DNA of 64,000 nucleotides from Octopus sinensis (GCF_006345805.1 NC_043017.1:12400001-12464000), one strand, 5' to 3'. Shown: positions 40,086 to 53,346, numbered from the stretch's first letter. Numbers and translations: made by a program. The notes: generated by a model not told the origin, from the sequence alone.

Positions 40086-40805
40086 AGTGATACTTATGGA
40101 AGGGCAGTGGCATTCATATCCTGCACAGGTCGTATTGGGGAGCAATAGTGGCACATTCACAAAATCCCCTTGTGGTTTTCTTGTTTTTTTTTGTTGTTTT
40201 TTATTTTTTATTTTTTTTTCATCTGGGATTAGAATAAACTTTGAATAACCATGACATGAAATGTGCTGATATTTCTTGCCCCCTCCTCTGTGTGTGTATG
40301 TCTGTGTGTGTGTGTGTGTGTATTTTATTGTCTTCTTGTCCAGTATAAATTTATAATAGTTAACCACTGCCCTCAATAGAAGTGAAACTTGTCCAAACTG
40401 GGTTGCTGAGGCATCTCTAAATAAAACTCTCATTTCACAAGAAAAAGGATGATGGTGAGGAAGAGGAGGAGAATGATGATGATGATGACTATGATGCTGA
40501 CAATGATATTACCAATGACAAAAATGGTAATGGTGATGACACCGACAATGAGAATGGTGATGATGATGATAACAATGATAACAATGATGACAACAATGAC
40601 AAAGATGATGAGGATGAGGATAATGATGTGGAGGAGGAGGATCATAATGATGATGATAGCAATGATGATTGAGCTTTTACTCCTGGTGCTTACGGAAACA
40701 AGATTGGCACGACCCCCCCCCCACCCAAAACTATGAGGATGTTTTTGAAGAACTCTGTCCATAGAACCATTGCAAAGGTAGATGTCTAGGGTGGATGTGG
40801 ATGGT

Positions 40806-40847
<42 letters not shown>

Positions 40848-40929
40848 GGTGACAGTGGGATGAAAATAGTATCATCTACATAGGAGGGGTATTACTGTAA
40901 GTAATGATATGTAAGAGGAAAATTTTAGG

Positions 40930-41432
40930 GGACAAAACTGAACCCTGAAACCTACGAAAGTTCAGCATAGGTGACCGTCTGGAAGGGCTGTTCTCGTTGT
41001 CGCTCCTTTCTGCCAACGGTTAGCTCCCCGTTTGCCGGTGCAAGATCGACTCTACACAGCTGGCGCGTCCTTGAATCTCTGCCGCCACACCGCCCGCCTT
41101 TCAGACGCTGCGTTCACTCGCCCCTTGACGCCCGCGTTTGCCCGCCTTCGCCCGCCTTTTGACGCCCACCTCCGCTGCGCTACCGTGCCTGATATCGTAA
41201 GAACGAACTGAAGCTCACGGTGTCGCCCATGTACACGTGAACGTAGCCGTGACCGATGCCGGCAGTCGCCGGGTGTCTGTGGCGATATGCATCAGGTAAA
41301 TACAGCGACGTGGTCCGACCCGTGAGTTTAAAAAATCAGACCTGTAAGCTTACGGGTCGGCCCACGCTGGATAGAAACGGCGGTGCATCAGCATGGCCGC
41401 AGCTCTGAGCTGAAACAAGAAAAAAAAAAAAA
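40930..41432 (+). mobile_element. GC-rich retroelement 3' end sharing the SINE family A tail (candidate partner-LINE 3' UTR)
   Basis: CpG-rich ~500 bp ending GGCGGTGCATCAGCATGGCCGCAGCTCTGAGCTGAAACAAG(A)n; long hairpin at 41303-41369. Confidence 0.6.
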
Positions 41433-41544
41433 GTAGTGGAGAGAGAGAAAAAGTGGGGGTTCGATCAGATCATGGCATGGCAGTTTGATAGAACAGGAAG
41501 CTACCAATACCAAGAAACAAGACAAATGGAGCCCAGCAGTAGGT

Positions 41545-41821
41545 ACTTTAGTCAGGTGATTCATGTGCCAGACACATCAAAATCTTTGATGTGGAGGGCA
41601 GTGGCACTTCTTTCACCAAATCTCTTGAGAACAAGAGCTGATGTGGTTTTATGAAAGCCATACTGTTGGTCACAAAGGAGGAAGAGTGATTTGAGATGTT
41701 GGAAAAAATTGTTGTTTGGGGTCCTGATATCTAATACCATTTTTATGGTATTAGAAGTGAATGCAATTGAATGATAGTTGGCAGGGTGAGAGGGATTACT
41801 CTTCTTGAGAAAGAGACACAC
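41545..41821 (-). pseudogene. Decayed LINE RT N-terminal part (CR1/Jockey group)
   Basis: KKSNPSHPANYHSIAFTS (KKG..NYRPIALTS), LLCDQQYGFH (QYGFR), FGERSATALHI (ALDISKAFD). Confidence 0.7.
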
Positions 41822-41833
41822 ATGCTTTTTCTC

Positions 41834-41874
<41 letters not shown>

Positions 41875-41932
41875 TCCAGAAGAGAGATACAGAGAGAAAA
41901 CAGTTTGGTAAGGTTATGGGCTAGTTTTATTT

Positions 41933-42290
41933 GGAAGCACTCCGTCGGTTACGACGACGAGGGTTCCGGTTGATCCGAATCAACGGAACAGCCTGCTCAT
42001 GAAATTAACGTGTAAGTGGCTGAGCACTCCACAGACACATGCACCCTTAACGTAGTTCTCGGGGATATTCAGCGTGATGCAGAGAGTGACAAGGCTGGCC
42101 CCTTGAAATACAGGTACAACAGAAACAGGGAGAAAGTTGTGGTGAAAGAGTACAGCAGGGATCACCACCATCCCCTGCCGGAGCCTCGTGGAGCTTTTAG
42201 GTGTTTTCACTCAATAAACACTCACAACGCCCGGTCTGGAAATCGAAACCGTGATCCTATGACCGCGAGTCCGCTGCCCTAACCACTGAG
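41933..42290 (-). mobile_element. SINE family B
   Basis: High similarity to 2157-2542. Confidence 0.85.
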
Positions 42291-42769
42291 GATAATGGAA
42301 AGGTCATTGTCAAGACCATTCTTGTTCAATGGAATCGGCTGGATGTGATTTTGTATCTGGTATGTATGTGTGTATGGTAATGAGCTTGATGGAGCAGAGA
42401 GAGAGAAGAGAAATTGGAAAAGATTTGCTTCACTTGTGGTGCTGGATTCAAAATGATTATAGAAATATATGATTTTTTTTTTTTAAACATAGAACATTTA
42501 TGAGAGACCATCTGAGTAAAATAGAAATTAAAAGGGGTCCATGGGTAAAAAAAAATGGTTAAGAAACACTGTTGTAGAGAGTTGAGTGTTCTGCACTTGC
42601 AATATTGGTATGGGATGAGTATGAGAGTCTAGAAGAGTTCTGGGCGTTTAAGTCTTCCCAGTGGAAGAAAAGTTAAAGTTGACCTTGATAAAATCAGAAT
42701 TAGATTTTTAAATTAGAAACAACAACAACTACAACACCAATAATAATGGTAATAGTGGTAATAATAATG

Positions 42770-43240
42770 ATTTCAAATTTTGGTACACGGTCGGCAATAT
42801 TGTGGGCAGGGGGTTAATTGTTTACAACAACCCCAGTACTCGACTGGTACTTTTAATTCAACCCTGAAAAGATGAAAGGCAAAGCTGACATTGGTAGAAT
42901 TTGAACTCAGAACATTAAGACAGACAAAATGCTTCACAGCATTTTGTCTGGTGTGCTAACAATTTCATCAACCCACTACCTTTATAGTAATAATAATAAT
43001 AATAATAATAATTATTATTATTATTATTATTAAGGCAGCAGAATCGTTAGCATGCTGGACAAAATGCTTAGCGGTATTTTGCCCATTGCTACGTTCTGAG
43101 TTCAAATTACGCCGAGGTCGGCTTTGCCCTTCATCCTTTCGGGATCAATAAAATAAAGTACCAGTTGAACATTGGGGTCGATGTAATCAACTCATCCTCA
43201 CCTCCCCCAAGCGGCCCTTGTGGCAAAAATTTGAAATAAT
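42770..43240. mobile_element. Head-to-head pair of SINE family C copies around (AAT)n(ATT)n
   Basis: Minus copy ~42770-42985, plus copy ~43032-43240. Confidence 0.75.
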
Positions 43241-44170
43241 AATAATTATTATTATTGTTATCCTTTGTCCTATATTTTTCCTTTATTTCTCTGGAATGAA
43301 TAAGACTTATGTCTGGCTTCTGAGTCATGTCAAGTCTGGTGACTGAGTCACCTGAGATAGTTAATCAATAACAGGTGTAGTAACAGCAGTGATGATGTGT
43401 TGAGGATGCAGGAGTAGCTAAGAAGTCTGATTTGTTTGTAACCACATGGTTCCAGGTCCAATCCTACTGTATGGTACATCACCTTGAGCAAACATTTTCC
43501 GACAGAGTATATGACTGTGGAATTTGGTAGACGGAAACTGTGGAAGCCACTCTTATGTGTAAATATATTTGTGTGTTTTGGTTGTGTACAGCAATGAAGG
43601 ATATAAATGTCTGTAAGAAACCATGGAAAAAAAAAGAAACGGTGCCACTCTCTTGTGACTCTCACCATTAAGAATGCAGTAAACTTGTGATTGGTTCTTG
43701 TGGAAATGATGCAACTAATGACGTTATAGTCCAGAAACTGCGACAAAATAAATAAATAATAGCTGCCGTGATTACCGACATCATTAGAAAAGACAAAAAG
43801 TAGAGATATACAAAAAGGAAAAAAAAACTATAGGTCATAATGACAAAGGAAGGGCAGTAGAGTTAAGGTGTCATAAAAGATGTGATTTTTTGTTTGAATT
43901 TTCGAGATGTGGGATTATAATTATTGCAGATTGATGTATTCGTTTTTGTTGTAGTCTTAATGTTGTTGTCATTGTGTAACTGGCATCCCGTAAGTTACAA
44001 CAACGAGGGTTCCAGTTGATCCGATCAACAGAACAGCCTGCTCAAGAAATTGTGGTTTCATAAAGAATTTGGCTTATAATTTGAGAACATCTCAAAGACT
44101 AGCTCTTCTCTTCATAGCCAGAAGATATTTCAGCCCTTAACAGTTACTGACTCTCTACAAGGCAAAAGAG

Positions 44171-45490
44171 TGGAGACACGTGGCTTAGTGGTTAGGGTGT
44201 CAGCATCATGATCTTAAGATTGTGGTTTCGATTCCTGGACCGGGTGATGTGTTGTGTTCTTGAGCAAAACACTTCATTTCATGTTGCTCCAGTCCACTCA
44301 GCTGGCAAAAATGAGTAACACTGCAATGGACTGGCGTCCCATCCAGCTGGGAAACACATACGCCATTGAAACCGGGAAACTGGGCCCATGAGCCTGGCTA
44401 GGCTTTAAAAGGGTCCATTTATTTTATTTACAAGGCTAAAGTGAAGCCCAAAATAGAGTACTGCTCCTGATATCTGAGATGGGTACACATGCCAATATCT
44501 TAGACCATATCCAGAGAAGAGCTATTTGACTGGTTGGCACTCCATCATTAATGGACATGCTCTAATGTCTGGCTCAGTGGAGACACATGGCCAAGTGGTT
44601 AGAGCAGTGGACTCGTGGTCGAGGGATCGTGGGTTCGAATCTCAGACCAGACGATGTGTGTGTTTATGAGCGAAACACCTAAGCTCCACGTGGCTCCAGC
44701 AGAAGGTAATGGCGAACTTCTGCTGACTCTTTTGCCACAACTTTCTCTCACTCTTTCCTCCTGCATCTTGCAGCTCACCTGCGATGGACCGGCATCCCGT
44801 CCAGGTGGGGAACCTTTACGCCAAGGAAACCGGCCCTAATGAGCCAGGCATGGCTTGAGAAGGAACAAACTAACTAATGTCTGGCTCACCTGCATGATTT
44901 TCTCCTTCCTCTGACATTTTTACCACAACTATAAAAGCTTCTTAGTGAGGATACATGACCTAGTGGTTTGGGTGTTGCACTCATGATCATGAGATCACGG
45001 TTTCAATTCGTAGATTGGGTGGTGCATCGTGTTCTGGAGCAAAACACTTCATCTCATGTCGTTCTGCATCACTTTGACACCTGACACGTGATACACCATG
45101 CACCTGTGCAGGAAATATCAATTTGATGGAGGGAGTGAGCTGATGTACAACACATATACATTTCATCACTATAAACAAATCATTTTTGTTTGTTCCTTCT
45201 CGAGCCATGCCTGGCTGATAAGGGCTGGTTTCCTGGTTTCATTGGCGCATAGGTTCCCCACCTGGTCGAGACGCCGGTCTGTCGCAGGTGAGCTGCAAAA
45301 TGCAGGAGGAAAGAGTGAGAGAAAGTTGTGGTGAAAGAGTCAGCAGAAGGTCGCCATTACCTTCTGCTGGAGCCGCGTGGAGCTTAGGTGTTTCGCTCAT
45401 AAACACACACATCGCCCGGTCTGAGATTCGAACCCGCAATCCCACAACCGCGAGTCCGCTGCTCTAACCACTAGGCCATGTGCCTCCACT
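44171..45490. mobile_element. Cluster of four family B-type tRNA SINEs
   Basis: Heads GGAGACAC(A/G)TGGC..AGTGGTTAG at 44171 (+) and 44578 (+), a diverged head at ~44947 (+), and 45185-45490 (-, near reverse complement of 44578-44870, nested in the 44947 copy with repeat AAACAAATCATT). Confidence 0.8.
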
Positions 45491-45599
45491 AAACAAATCA
45501 TTGGTGCAGGTTTGTTTGGCAAGAAATTCCAGAACCTTCTTTCTTGAACTACATGAGACTACTATCATAATGGCCTCTGTAACTTGAAGCTGGCTGGTC

Positions 45600-45785
45600 T
45601 CATACTTTTCAGGCACCCACCAACGTATTTATATCTCCTTCGCTCAATACCCTTAGTGTGTTCATCTCCTCTTTTCTTGTTTAACCACTATGCTGAATCC
45701 TTTTTCCCCAGGACATTATCCCTCTGGAATCTCCTCCCTGCTCTTGTCTTTCCTACTGGTGTTGATCTGCAATAGTTTAAACATA
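45600..45785 (+). mobile_element. LINE ORF2 C-terminal relic (CR1-like)
   Basis: NHYAESFFPRTLSLWNLLPALVFP..DLQ*FK matches SFFPRT...WN.LP...FP...L..FK. Confidence 0.65.
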
Positions 45786-46448
45786 TTATTATCATTATTA
45801 TTATTATCAATATCATCATCATCATCATTATTATCATTATTATTAGAAACTCTGCCAGATCAGATTGGAGCCTGGTGCAGCCTTCTGGTTCACCAGTTCC
45901 CAGTCAAACTGTCCCACAGAAAGCAGACATTAAACAATGATGATGATTATTATTTTTATTATTATCATTATTATCATCATCCTCATTATTGTTATAAACA
46001 TTATTATTATTTTTATTTTTATTATTATTATCATTATTATTATCATCATCATTATTATTATTAACATTATTATTATTATTATTATTAACATTATTATTAT
46101 TATTAACATTATTATTTTTGTTATTATCATTATTATTATTATTACTATTATTATTATTATTATTATTATTATTATCATCATCATTATTATTATCATCATC
46201 ATCATTATTATTATCTATGAAGACAGCAAACTGGCTGAATTGTTAGGGCATCAGAAAAAAATGCTGAGCATTTCTTGCAGCTCTTTCTGTTCTGATTTCA
46301 GTTCCTGCCAAGGGATCAATGTAATTAGCTTTTCGAGCCCTGAAATTAACCATGTGCTCCACATTTTTTTTAAAAGAGATTTTGCTGTTCTTTCTAGCAA
46401 AGTGAGCAAGCATGTAAAGGTTCTTTCATTGGCTCATATATCCTTCAT

Positions 46449-46825
46449 CGGTGCAGGAGTTGCTGTGTGGTAAGTAGCAGGCTTACCAACCATATGGTTC
46501 TGGGTTCAGTCCCACTGTGTGATACCTTGGGCAAATGTCTTCTACTATAGCCTCGGGCCGACCAAAGCCTTGTGAGTGGATTTGGTAGATGGAAACTGAA
46601 AGAAGCCCATTGTATGTATATATATTTGTATATATGTATGTATGTGTTTGTGTGTCTGTGTTTGTCCACCCAACATCGCTTGACAACTGATGCTGGTGTG
46701 TTCACGTCCCTGTAACTTAGCGGTTCGGCAAGAGAGACCGAAAGAATAAGTACTCGGCTTACAAAGAATAAGGCGGTGCTCCAGCATGGCCGCAGTCAAA
46801 CAACTGAAACAAATAAAAGAAGAAA
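46449..46825 (+). mobile_element. SINE family A, near full length
   Basis: Head GGTGCAGGAGTTGCTGTGTGGTAAG through the tail; small internal deletion. Confidence 0.85.
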
Positions 46826-47440
46826 AATATGCAATGTATGTGATATTGAATGGTTATGAATCATTGGAGTGTTAAATGCAAAGGATGGGAAGAATGAGGA
46901 ATGGTTTGATTAAAATCTGTTGGATCATCATCATCCTTATCATCATCATCATTATCCTAGTGTGATATTAATTCACATATAAGACAGTGAAGAGGTGAGT
47001 TAGGGAGGTGGATAGGTCTTAAATGTAAACAGCCAGAGGGGAGTAGAAGAGATAAGAGTCAGTGTTGATAGGGCCTTGTAAAGGTTGAGTGAGTATTGGG
47101 TGGATATAGAGCTGGTTACATGATATTGGAATGTTATCTGCATACAATAGGCAGGCAGACCGGCAGAAAGAGAGAGAGGCAGAGGCTGAGGATGTTATTG
47201 AAGCAAGTATGAAGGTTCGGGGGGGTTTCTTGGATACCCTTAACTTGAGTGAGGAAATACTGGACCAAGAGAAGACATCCCCTTGACCTTCTGATTCCTG
47301 CATGGGAATATGACATTAAAAGGGTTGATATTATACATGTGTGTGTGTATGTGTGTGGTGTGTGCATGTGTGTGAATGTATATGTGTGTATATATACATG
47401 TGTGTGTGTATATATGTGTGTGTGTGTGAGTGTGTGTGTG

Positions 47441-47478
<38 letters not shown>

Positions 47479-47509
47479 AGCATGGAAAGCAGACATTAAA
47501 TGATAATGT

Positions 47510-47548
<39 letters not shown>

Positions 47549-48123
47549 GTATATATCTGTGTAGATATGTTTATATGTGTTTGTGTGCATGTATATTTAT
47601 GTGTTTCTATATTCATGTATGTGTATCTGTATGTTTCTGCATATATATATGTGTACATATGCCTATGTATATATATATATATATATACACATATATAATG
47701 TATGTATGTATTATACATGTGTAAATATTTAAACAGCAATGTTAAAACATCAGTCAGTACTTCATTTCTAGACATGTATATGTGTGTGTGTGTATGGATT
47801 ATGTATATATGAATGTATGAATGTATATACACATATACATGTCTGTGCATATGTGTGATGGGCACACGATGATAGAATTGAGTGATCTCATTGCATGTGA
47901 CTGTATATATACATACACATATATATATATATATATTTGTTTGTATAAGTAACATTATGTTAACATAGATATTATCTTCTCTTACACACAAATACTACAC
48001 TCGTTTGCACACACATACACATTCTATATTTACTCATGTATAAATTGTATCCTGTTTTTAACAATTAAAATCAAGTGTAAAATAGTGTGATTTATACACA
48101 AGTAAATATGGTGTGTGTATGTT

Positions 48124-48328
48124 ATGTGACCTCGTGAGTACCACTGGCGATTTTTTTTCCTCAGTCTTCCCTTCTCGGGATCTTTCCTTCTCCTATGTTT
48201 CCGACGAAGAGCTCTGCTCGAAACGTTAAACCCTCCTTCTTCCCTTCTTTCCTGAGCGTCCAATAATACTTTATTTGTTCCACGTCCTTGCATTGTTGTG
48301 TTTTTTTGTTTTCTTGTTTGGATTAACT
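48124..48328 (+). mobile_element. Second copy of the hammerhead-bearing ~200 bp element, abutting (TA)n
   Basis: GTTT-CCGACGA-A-GAGC-tct-GCTC-GAAA-CG-TT-AAAC at 48197-48231. Confidence 0.65.
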
Positions 48329-48534
48329 TTATATATATATATATATATATGTATGCGTGTGTGTTTGTATATACATATATGGCACGAGATGTCCGCACTG
48401 TGACCGATCTTTTCGAGCAAGAATTGGTCTTATCAGTCACCTGCGGACTCACCAATAAATTTGCGCGAAGACCATCATCCTCGACCTTGAGGGATTGCCA
48501 TAGTAGTATATACATATATATATGTGTGTGTAAT

Positions 48535-48746
48535 TTCTTGTTTCAGTCTTTCAGTCATTTGATTGTGCCCATGCTGGAGCACCACCTTTAGTTGAACAAA
48601 TCAACCCCAGGACTAAGCTAGGTGTTTGTAAGTCTAGTACTTATTCTGTCGGCCTCTTTTGCTGAACCACTAAGTTACAGGGGCGTAAACACATCAACAT
48701 CAGTTGTCAAGCGATGGTGGGAGGGACAAACACAGACACTCAAATG

Positions 48747-48782
<36 letters not shown>

Positions 48783-49110
48783 ACGGGCTTCTTTCAGTTT
48801 CTGTCAACCGAATCCACTCACAACATCATAAGCGGAAAGTGTAACCTCTCGAAAGAGCTGTTCTTCACTCCTGCTCCAGAGCGTCGGCTGCGGGGTCATT
48901 CTGAAAAGCTCTACTTGTACTTAACTCCATGTCCCCCTACATGGCCTTGCTATTTTCTTTTGAGCCAAATTAACTAACTAACTAACTAACAAGGTTTTGG
49001 TCAACCCAAGGCTATAGTAGAAGACACTTTCCCAAGGTGCCACACAGTCGGGTTGAACCTGGAACCATGTGAATGTGAAGCAAGCTTCTTACCACACAGC
49101 CACACCTATA
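48535..49110 (-). mobile_element. SINE family A interrupted by a LINE fragment
   Basis: SINE sequence CCACTCACAA|GG is split by the 48824-48988 insert. Confidence 0.8.
48824..48988 (+). mobile_element. CR1-like LINE fragment with (TAAC)n tail nested in a SINE
   Basis: IISGKCNLSKELFFTPAPERRLRGHSEKLYL (LRGH..KL motif), short UTR, (TAAC)n tail; ACAA duplicated at both ends. Confidence 0.7.
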
Positions 49111-49118
49111 TATAGATG

Positions 49119-49888
49119 TAGGCGTGGCTGTGTTGTAAGAAGTTTGCTTCTCAGCCATATATTTTGGTCCAGTCCCACCGTGTGACACCTCAGGTAAGTG
49201 TCTTCTACTATAGCCTCTGGGCAACCAAAACCTTCTGAGTGGATTTGGTAGACAGAAGCTGAAAGAAGCCCATTGTATATATGTATATATATTTGTGTGT
49301 GTATGTGTCTTTATATTTGAGTTTCTTACCTACCACTGTTTAAAAAGTGGTTTATATCCCCCGTAACATAGCAGTTCAACAAAAAGAGAATGACAAAATA
49401 AGTACCAGGCTTGAAAAGAAAATAAATACTGGGTTCCATTTGTTCAACTAAATCCTTCAAGGTAGTGCCCCAGCATGGCCACAGTCCAATGACTGAAACG
49501 AGTAAAAGATAAAAGTTAGTCCACTTATGCATACCTTTCCTTCTTTGGACACAAAACTCTGCTTGTGAAGACCTGTTGAGGCAGGTGAAATCGATCAAAA
49601 AATCAATGGAAATTGCAGTTGTGATATCAGTGTCGGTGGCACGTAAAAGGCACCATCCGAACGTAGCCGTTGCCAGCACCACCCTGACTGGCTTCTGTGC
49701 AGGTGGCACGTAAAAAGCACCCACTACACTCATGGAGTGGTTGGCGTTAGGAAGGGCATCCAGCTGTAGAAACACTGCCATATCAGACTGGAGCCTGGTG
49801 CAGCCTTCTGGCTTCCTAGACCCCGGTCGAACCGTCCAACCCATGCTAGCATGGAAAATGGACGTTAAACAATGATGATGATGATGAT
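49119..49888 (+). mobile_element. SINE family A (49119-49510) followed by SINE family D (49520-49888)
   Basis: Similarity to other copies; (GAT)n tail at 49872-49888. Confidence 0.8.
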
Positions 49889-50196
49889 TAGCTCTGAGTG
49901 ACAGAAGCAGCTTTTAGTAATGAATATTACTAAGCACAGCTAACTTAACTTGGAAGTTTTGTTTTAAATGCCATAAGCTGCAGTAATTGCTCTGAGTAAT
50001 CTCTGCATGTAGACATTAAGTGCTAAAAGGCACTGATTATATCAACAGATGAAATTTCCTCAACACCTGTGCAGGGACTGTTCTGTCACATGGTCATGGC
50101 ATAATTTGTGCTTCTCGGCAACAAGCACCAATCATGGAATGTGTTAAACTGTATTGGTTTGACAGAAATTTTGCTCTGGCATTCAATGATCAGCAC

Positions 50197-50249
50197 CTGA
50201 TGCTGAGGAGGTACAAATTATACTGAAATCACGTCATGTGATACAAGAG
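50197..50249 (+). ncRNA. Full-size type I hammerhead ribozyme core in unique DNA
   Basis: CUGAGGA (50203-09), stem II GGUA/UACU, GAAA (50225-28), stem III UCAC/GUGA, UA (50242-43); stem I weak (CUGAUG/CAAGAG, 2+2 bp). Confidence 0.6.
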
Positions 50250-51568
50250 TCCATCCACCAGTACTGACGAAATTTCATTTAATGATATAATCTTTGCTTA
50301 TTAAGCTCAATGCCAAAATGAGATGGTTTCTCAGGACGGTTACCTCAGCTTTTGGGGTTTTTAAAACAATACATTCAAAGTTAAATTCTATGTAAAATTG
50401 TTTGTATGTGTATACATAGCAATTTGACTCATGTCCATGAAGGATAGACCCATCTCTTCACATATGAGGTAAAGAGTAAGGGATCTAGGACAATTTTAAG
50501 ATTGCTTGTAGATGTCAAGCCCCTAATGGTAAAGTCAAAGGTGTTGATGTTGGTGGCATCAGAAGTCTGAATGGTGTGTGTTTGGCAGTTGTGGTGGTGA
50601 TGGTGATGGTTGAAAACAATCAACAGAAAGAGAGAAAGAGGTTAGACAGAAAATAAAATTGTACTGATCCCTGAATGGGGTCAAATAGGTGAGGTAGAAT
50701 CTGCACAAACTCCTCTGAGATTCCAGAAACATCGCTGACAATGCACCCTAGATAAGATATATCTTATCCTAAAACTTACATATCATCATCATCATCAAAT
50801 AATGTCCATCTTCTATGCTGGCTTGGGTTGGATGGTTTGGCTCAGCTGGTCAGCCTGGGGACTGTGCCAAGCTTCCCTGTCTGCTTTGGAATGGTTTTTA
50901 CAGCTGGATGCCCTTCCGATATATTATGAGTGGTGCAATTAATGTCCCAGGTGATGGTTAATTACACACCAGAACCAGACAGCTTTATATATATATATAT
51001 AGTCTTTATAAAGGCTATCATTTATTTTGGTTTCTATCATTAAATATTCATTAATAACCATAACCAATCAATATCCATTATATGTCATAGGTGCAATCAT
51101 AGACAAGTGTTTTAAGAAGTTCACTTCACAGTCATGAGTCACCAGGTTCAATCTTTGCTCATGACTGCTTGGGTGGTTGAGTTGTTTTTTTCGGGGTTTT
51201 TTTTTCCCCCCTACAATAATGTTTCTGGGGAAAAAGTGGGTTGACAGAAGCAACATAGGAGCCTGGTGGCTGGATTGTTCCTGCAGTTCATAGTATCAGC
51301 TTTGTTGTATGTCTAGCCATGATGATCAGATTTAAGGAATACATGGGGGGAACACATGCCTGTGGAATATTCAACCACATACATTATTATTCAATGACAA
51401 CGTATGAAAAATTAGTCCCAATGGTTGTTGAATAATTGAGACTCATGTTGATACTGTCAGATGATTGATGATTTATTATGTGTGTGTGTGATGTATGTAT
51501 ATATATGTGTGTATATATATAATATAATGTGTTATGTATGTACATATATATATATAATGTGTTATGTA

Positions 51569-51608
<40 letters not shown>

Positions 51609-51627
51609 GTGTTATGTATTATATGTC

Positions 51628-51840
51628 TTTTCTACTATAGGCACAAAATCTGGATTGTTGGGTGAGGGGGCTACTCAATTACATTGACTCCAGTGCATAA
51701 CTGGTACTTATTTCATTGACCCTGAAAGGATGAAAGGCAAAGTTGATCTCAGTGAAATTTGAACTCAGAACCTGAAGACAGATGAAAGGCTGCTAAGCAT
51801 TTTATCTGGCATGTCAACAATTTTGCCAGCTTGCTGCCTT
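51628..51840 (-). mobile_element. SINE family C
   Basis: Same sequence type as the 35-39 kb cluster copies. Confidence 0.75.
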
Positions 51841-52389
51841 GTGTATGAATTATATACGAAATAAATTATATAATGAAATATATATATACATCATAAATAA
51901 ATGTACATAAATAATTGCACACCCAAACATATACACATAAATACACACACACATATATGAAAGATTTGTATCTATATTCAAATATACACACATATCCTCA
52001 TGCATATATGAACAGATATGTGTGTGTATATGTGTGTTTTGTATGTATTTTTAGGTCTGTGACAGTATTTCTAGCATTAGTCATTTGCAGGTTACATACA
52101 CAAAGCTTTAATCATTCTCTATCAATCTACACACACACACATACACACGTATCGGGTGTGTATGAAGGCGTATATGTCTGAAAACGTATGCCAAGTTGTG
52201 TATATATAGATGTATATATGTGTGTGTTTGTGTGTATTACCAGTATTAGTCATACAAGGTATTTGCTAATTCTCTGTTTCCCTGTGTGTGTATGTGTGTG
52301 TGTGTGTGTGTGTCTTTGTGTATGCAGTGCTTGATTCATTCTCTTTGTACAAGTGGTGTGTGTGTGTGTGTGTGTGTCCACGTGTCCGT

Positions 52390-52735
52390 ATTTATTCTTT
52401 TACTTGTTTCAGTTACTTGACTGTGGCCATGCTGGAGCACCACCGTAAATGGTTTTATAGTCAAAGAAATTGACCCGCAGGACTTATTCTTTGTAAGCCT
52501 AGTACTTATTCTATTGGTCTCTTTTGCTGAACAACCAAGTTACGGGGACATAAACACAGACACACAAACATATGCACACATACATATATAGTTTCCGTCT
52601 ACCATATCCACTCACAAGGCTTTGGTTGGCCCAAGGCTATAGTAGAAGACACTTACCCAAGGGGACACGCAGTGGGACTGAACCTGGAACCATGTGTTTG
52701 GTAAGCAAGCTACTTACCACACAACCACTCCTATA
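52390..52735 (-). mobile_element. SINE family A with internal deletions
   Basis: Reverse complement of the family A head and tail. Confidence 0.8.
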
Positions 52736-52969
52736 CATATATCATCATCATCATCGATGATATATGTATGTAAACACACACACAAACACACATATATATA
52801 TATATACATACACACACATACAAGCCAAGCTATCAATCTATCCATTCATCCATCCATCCATCTGCCTATTTATCTGTTCTGTCTGTCTGTCTGTCTGCCT
52901 ATCTTTCTGTCTGTCTGTCTTTCTATCTGTCTTTCTATTTGTCTCTCTGTCTGTCTATCTATCTATCTA

Positions 52970-53003
<34 letters not shown>

Positions 53004-53271
53004 TAGATTGATATATATATATATATATATATATAGAGATAGATTGATATATATATATATATATAATATATAGATAGATTGATAATATATATATATATAT
53101 TATATAGCATTGATATATATAATATATATATAGATAGATAGATTGATATATTATATATATATATATTATAGATAGATTAGATGTATATATATATATAGAG
53201 AGAGAGAGATAGATTGATATATATATATAGAGAGAGATAGATAGATTGATATTATATATATAGAGAGAGAG

Positions 53272-53302
<31 letters not shown>

Positions 53303-53346
53303 CAGATAGATATATATATACATACATATATATATATATATCAATC

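Noticed and set aside
47020-47300. 94-aa minus ORF
   Set aside because: Contains a YADN motif and is probably a highly decayed LINE RT; too degraded to call.
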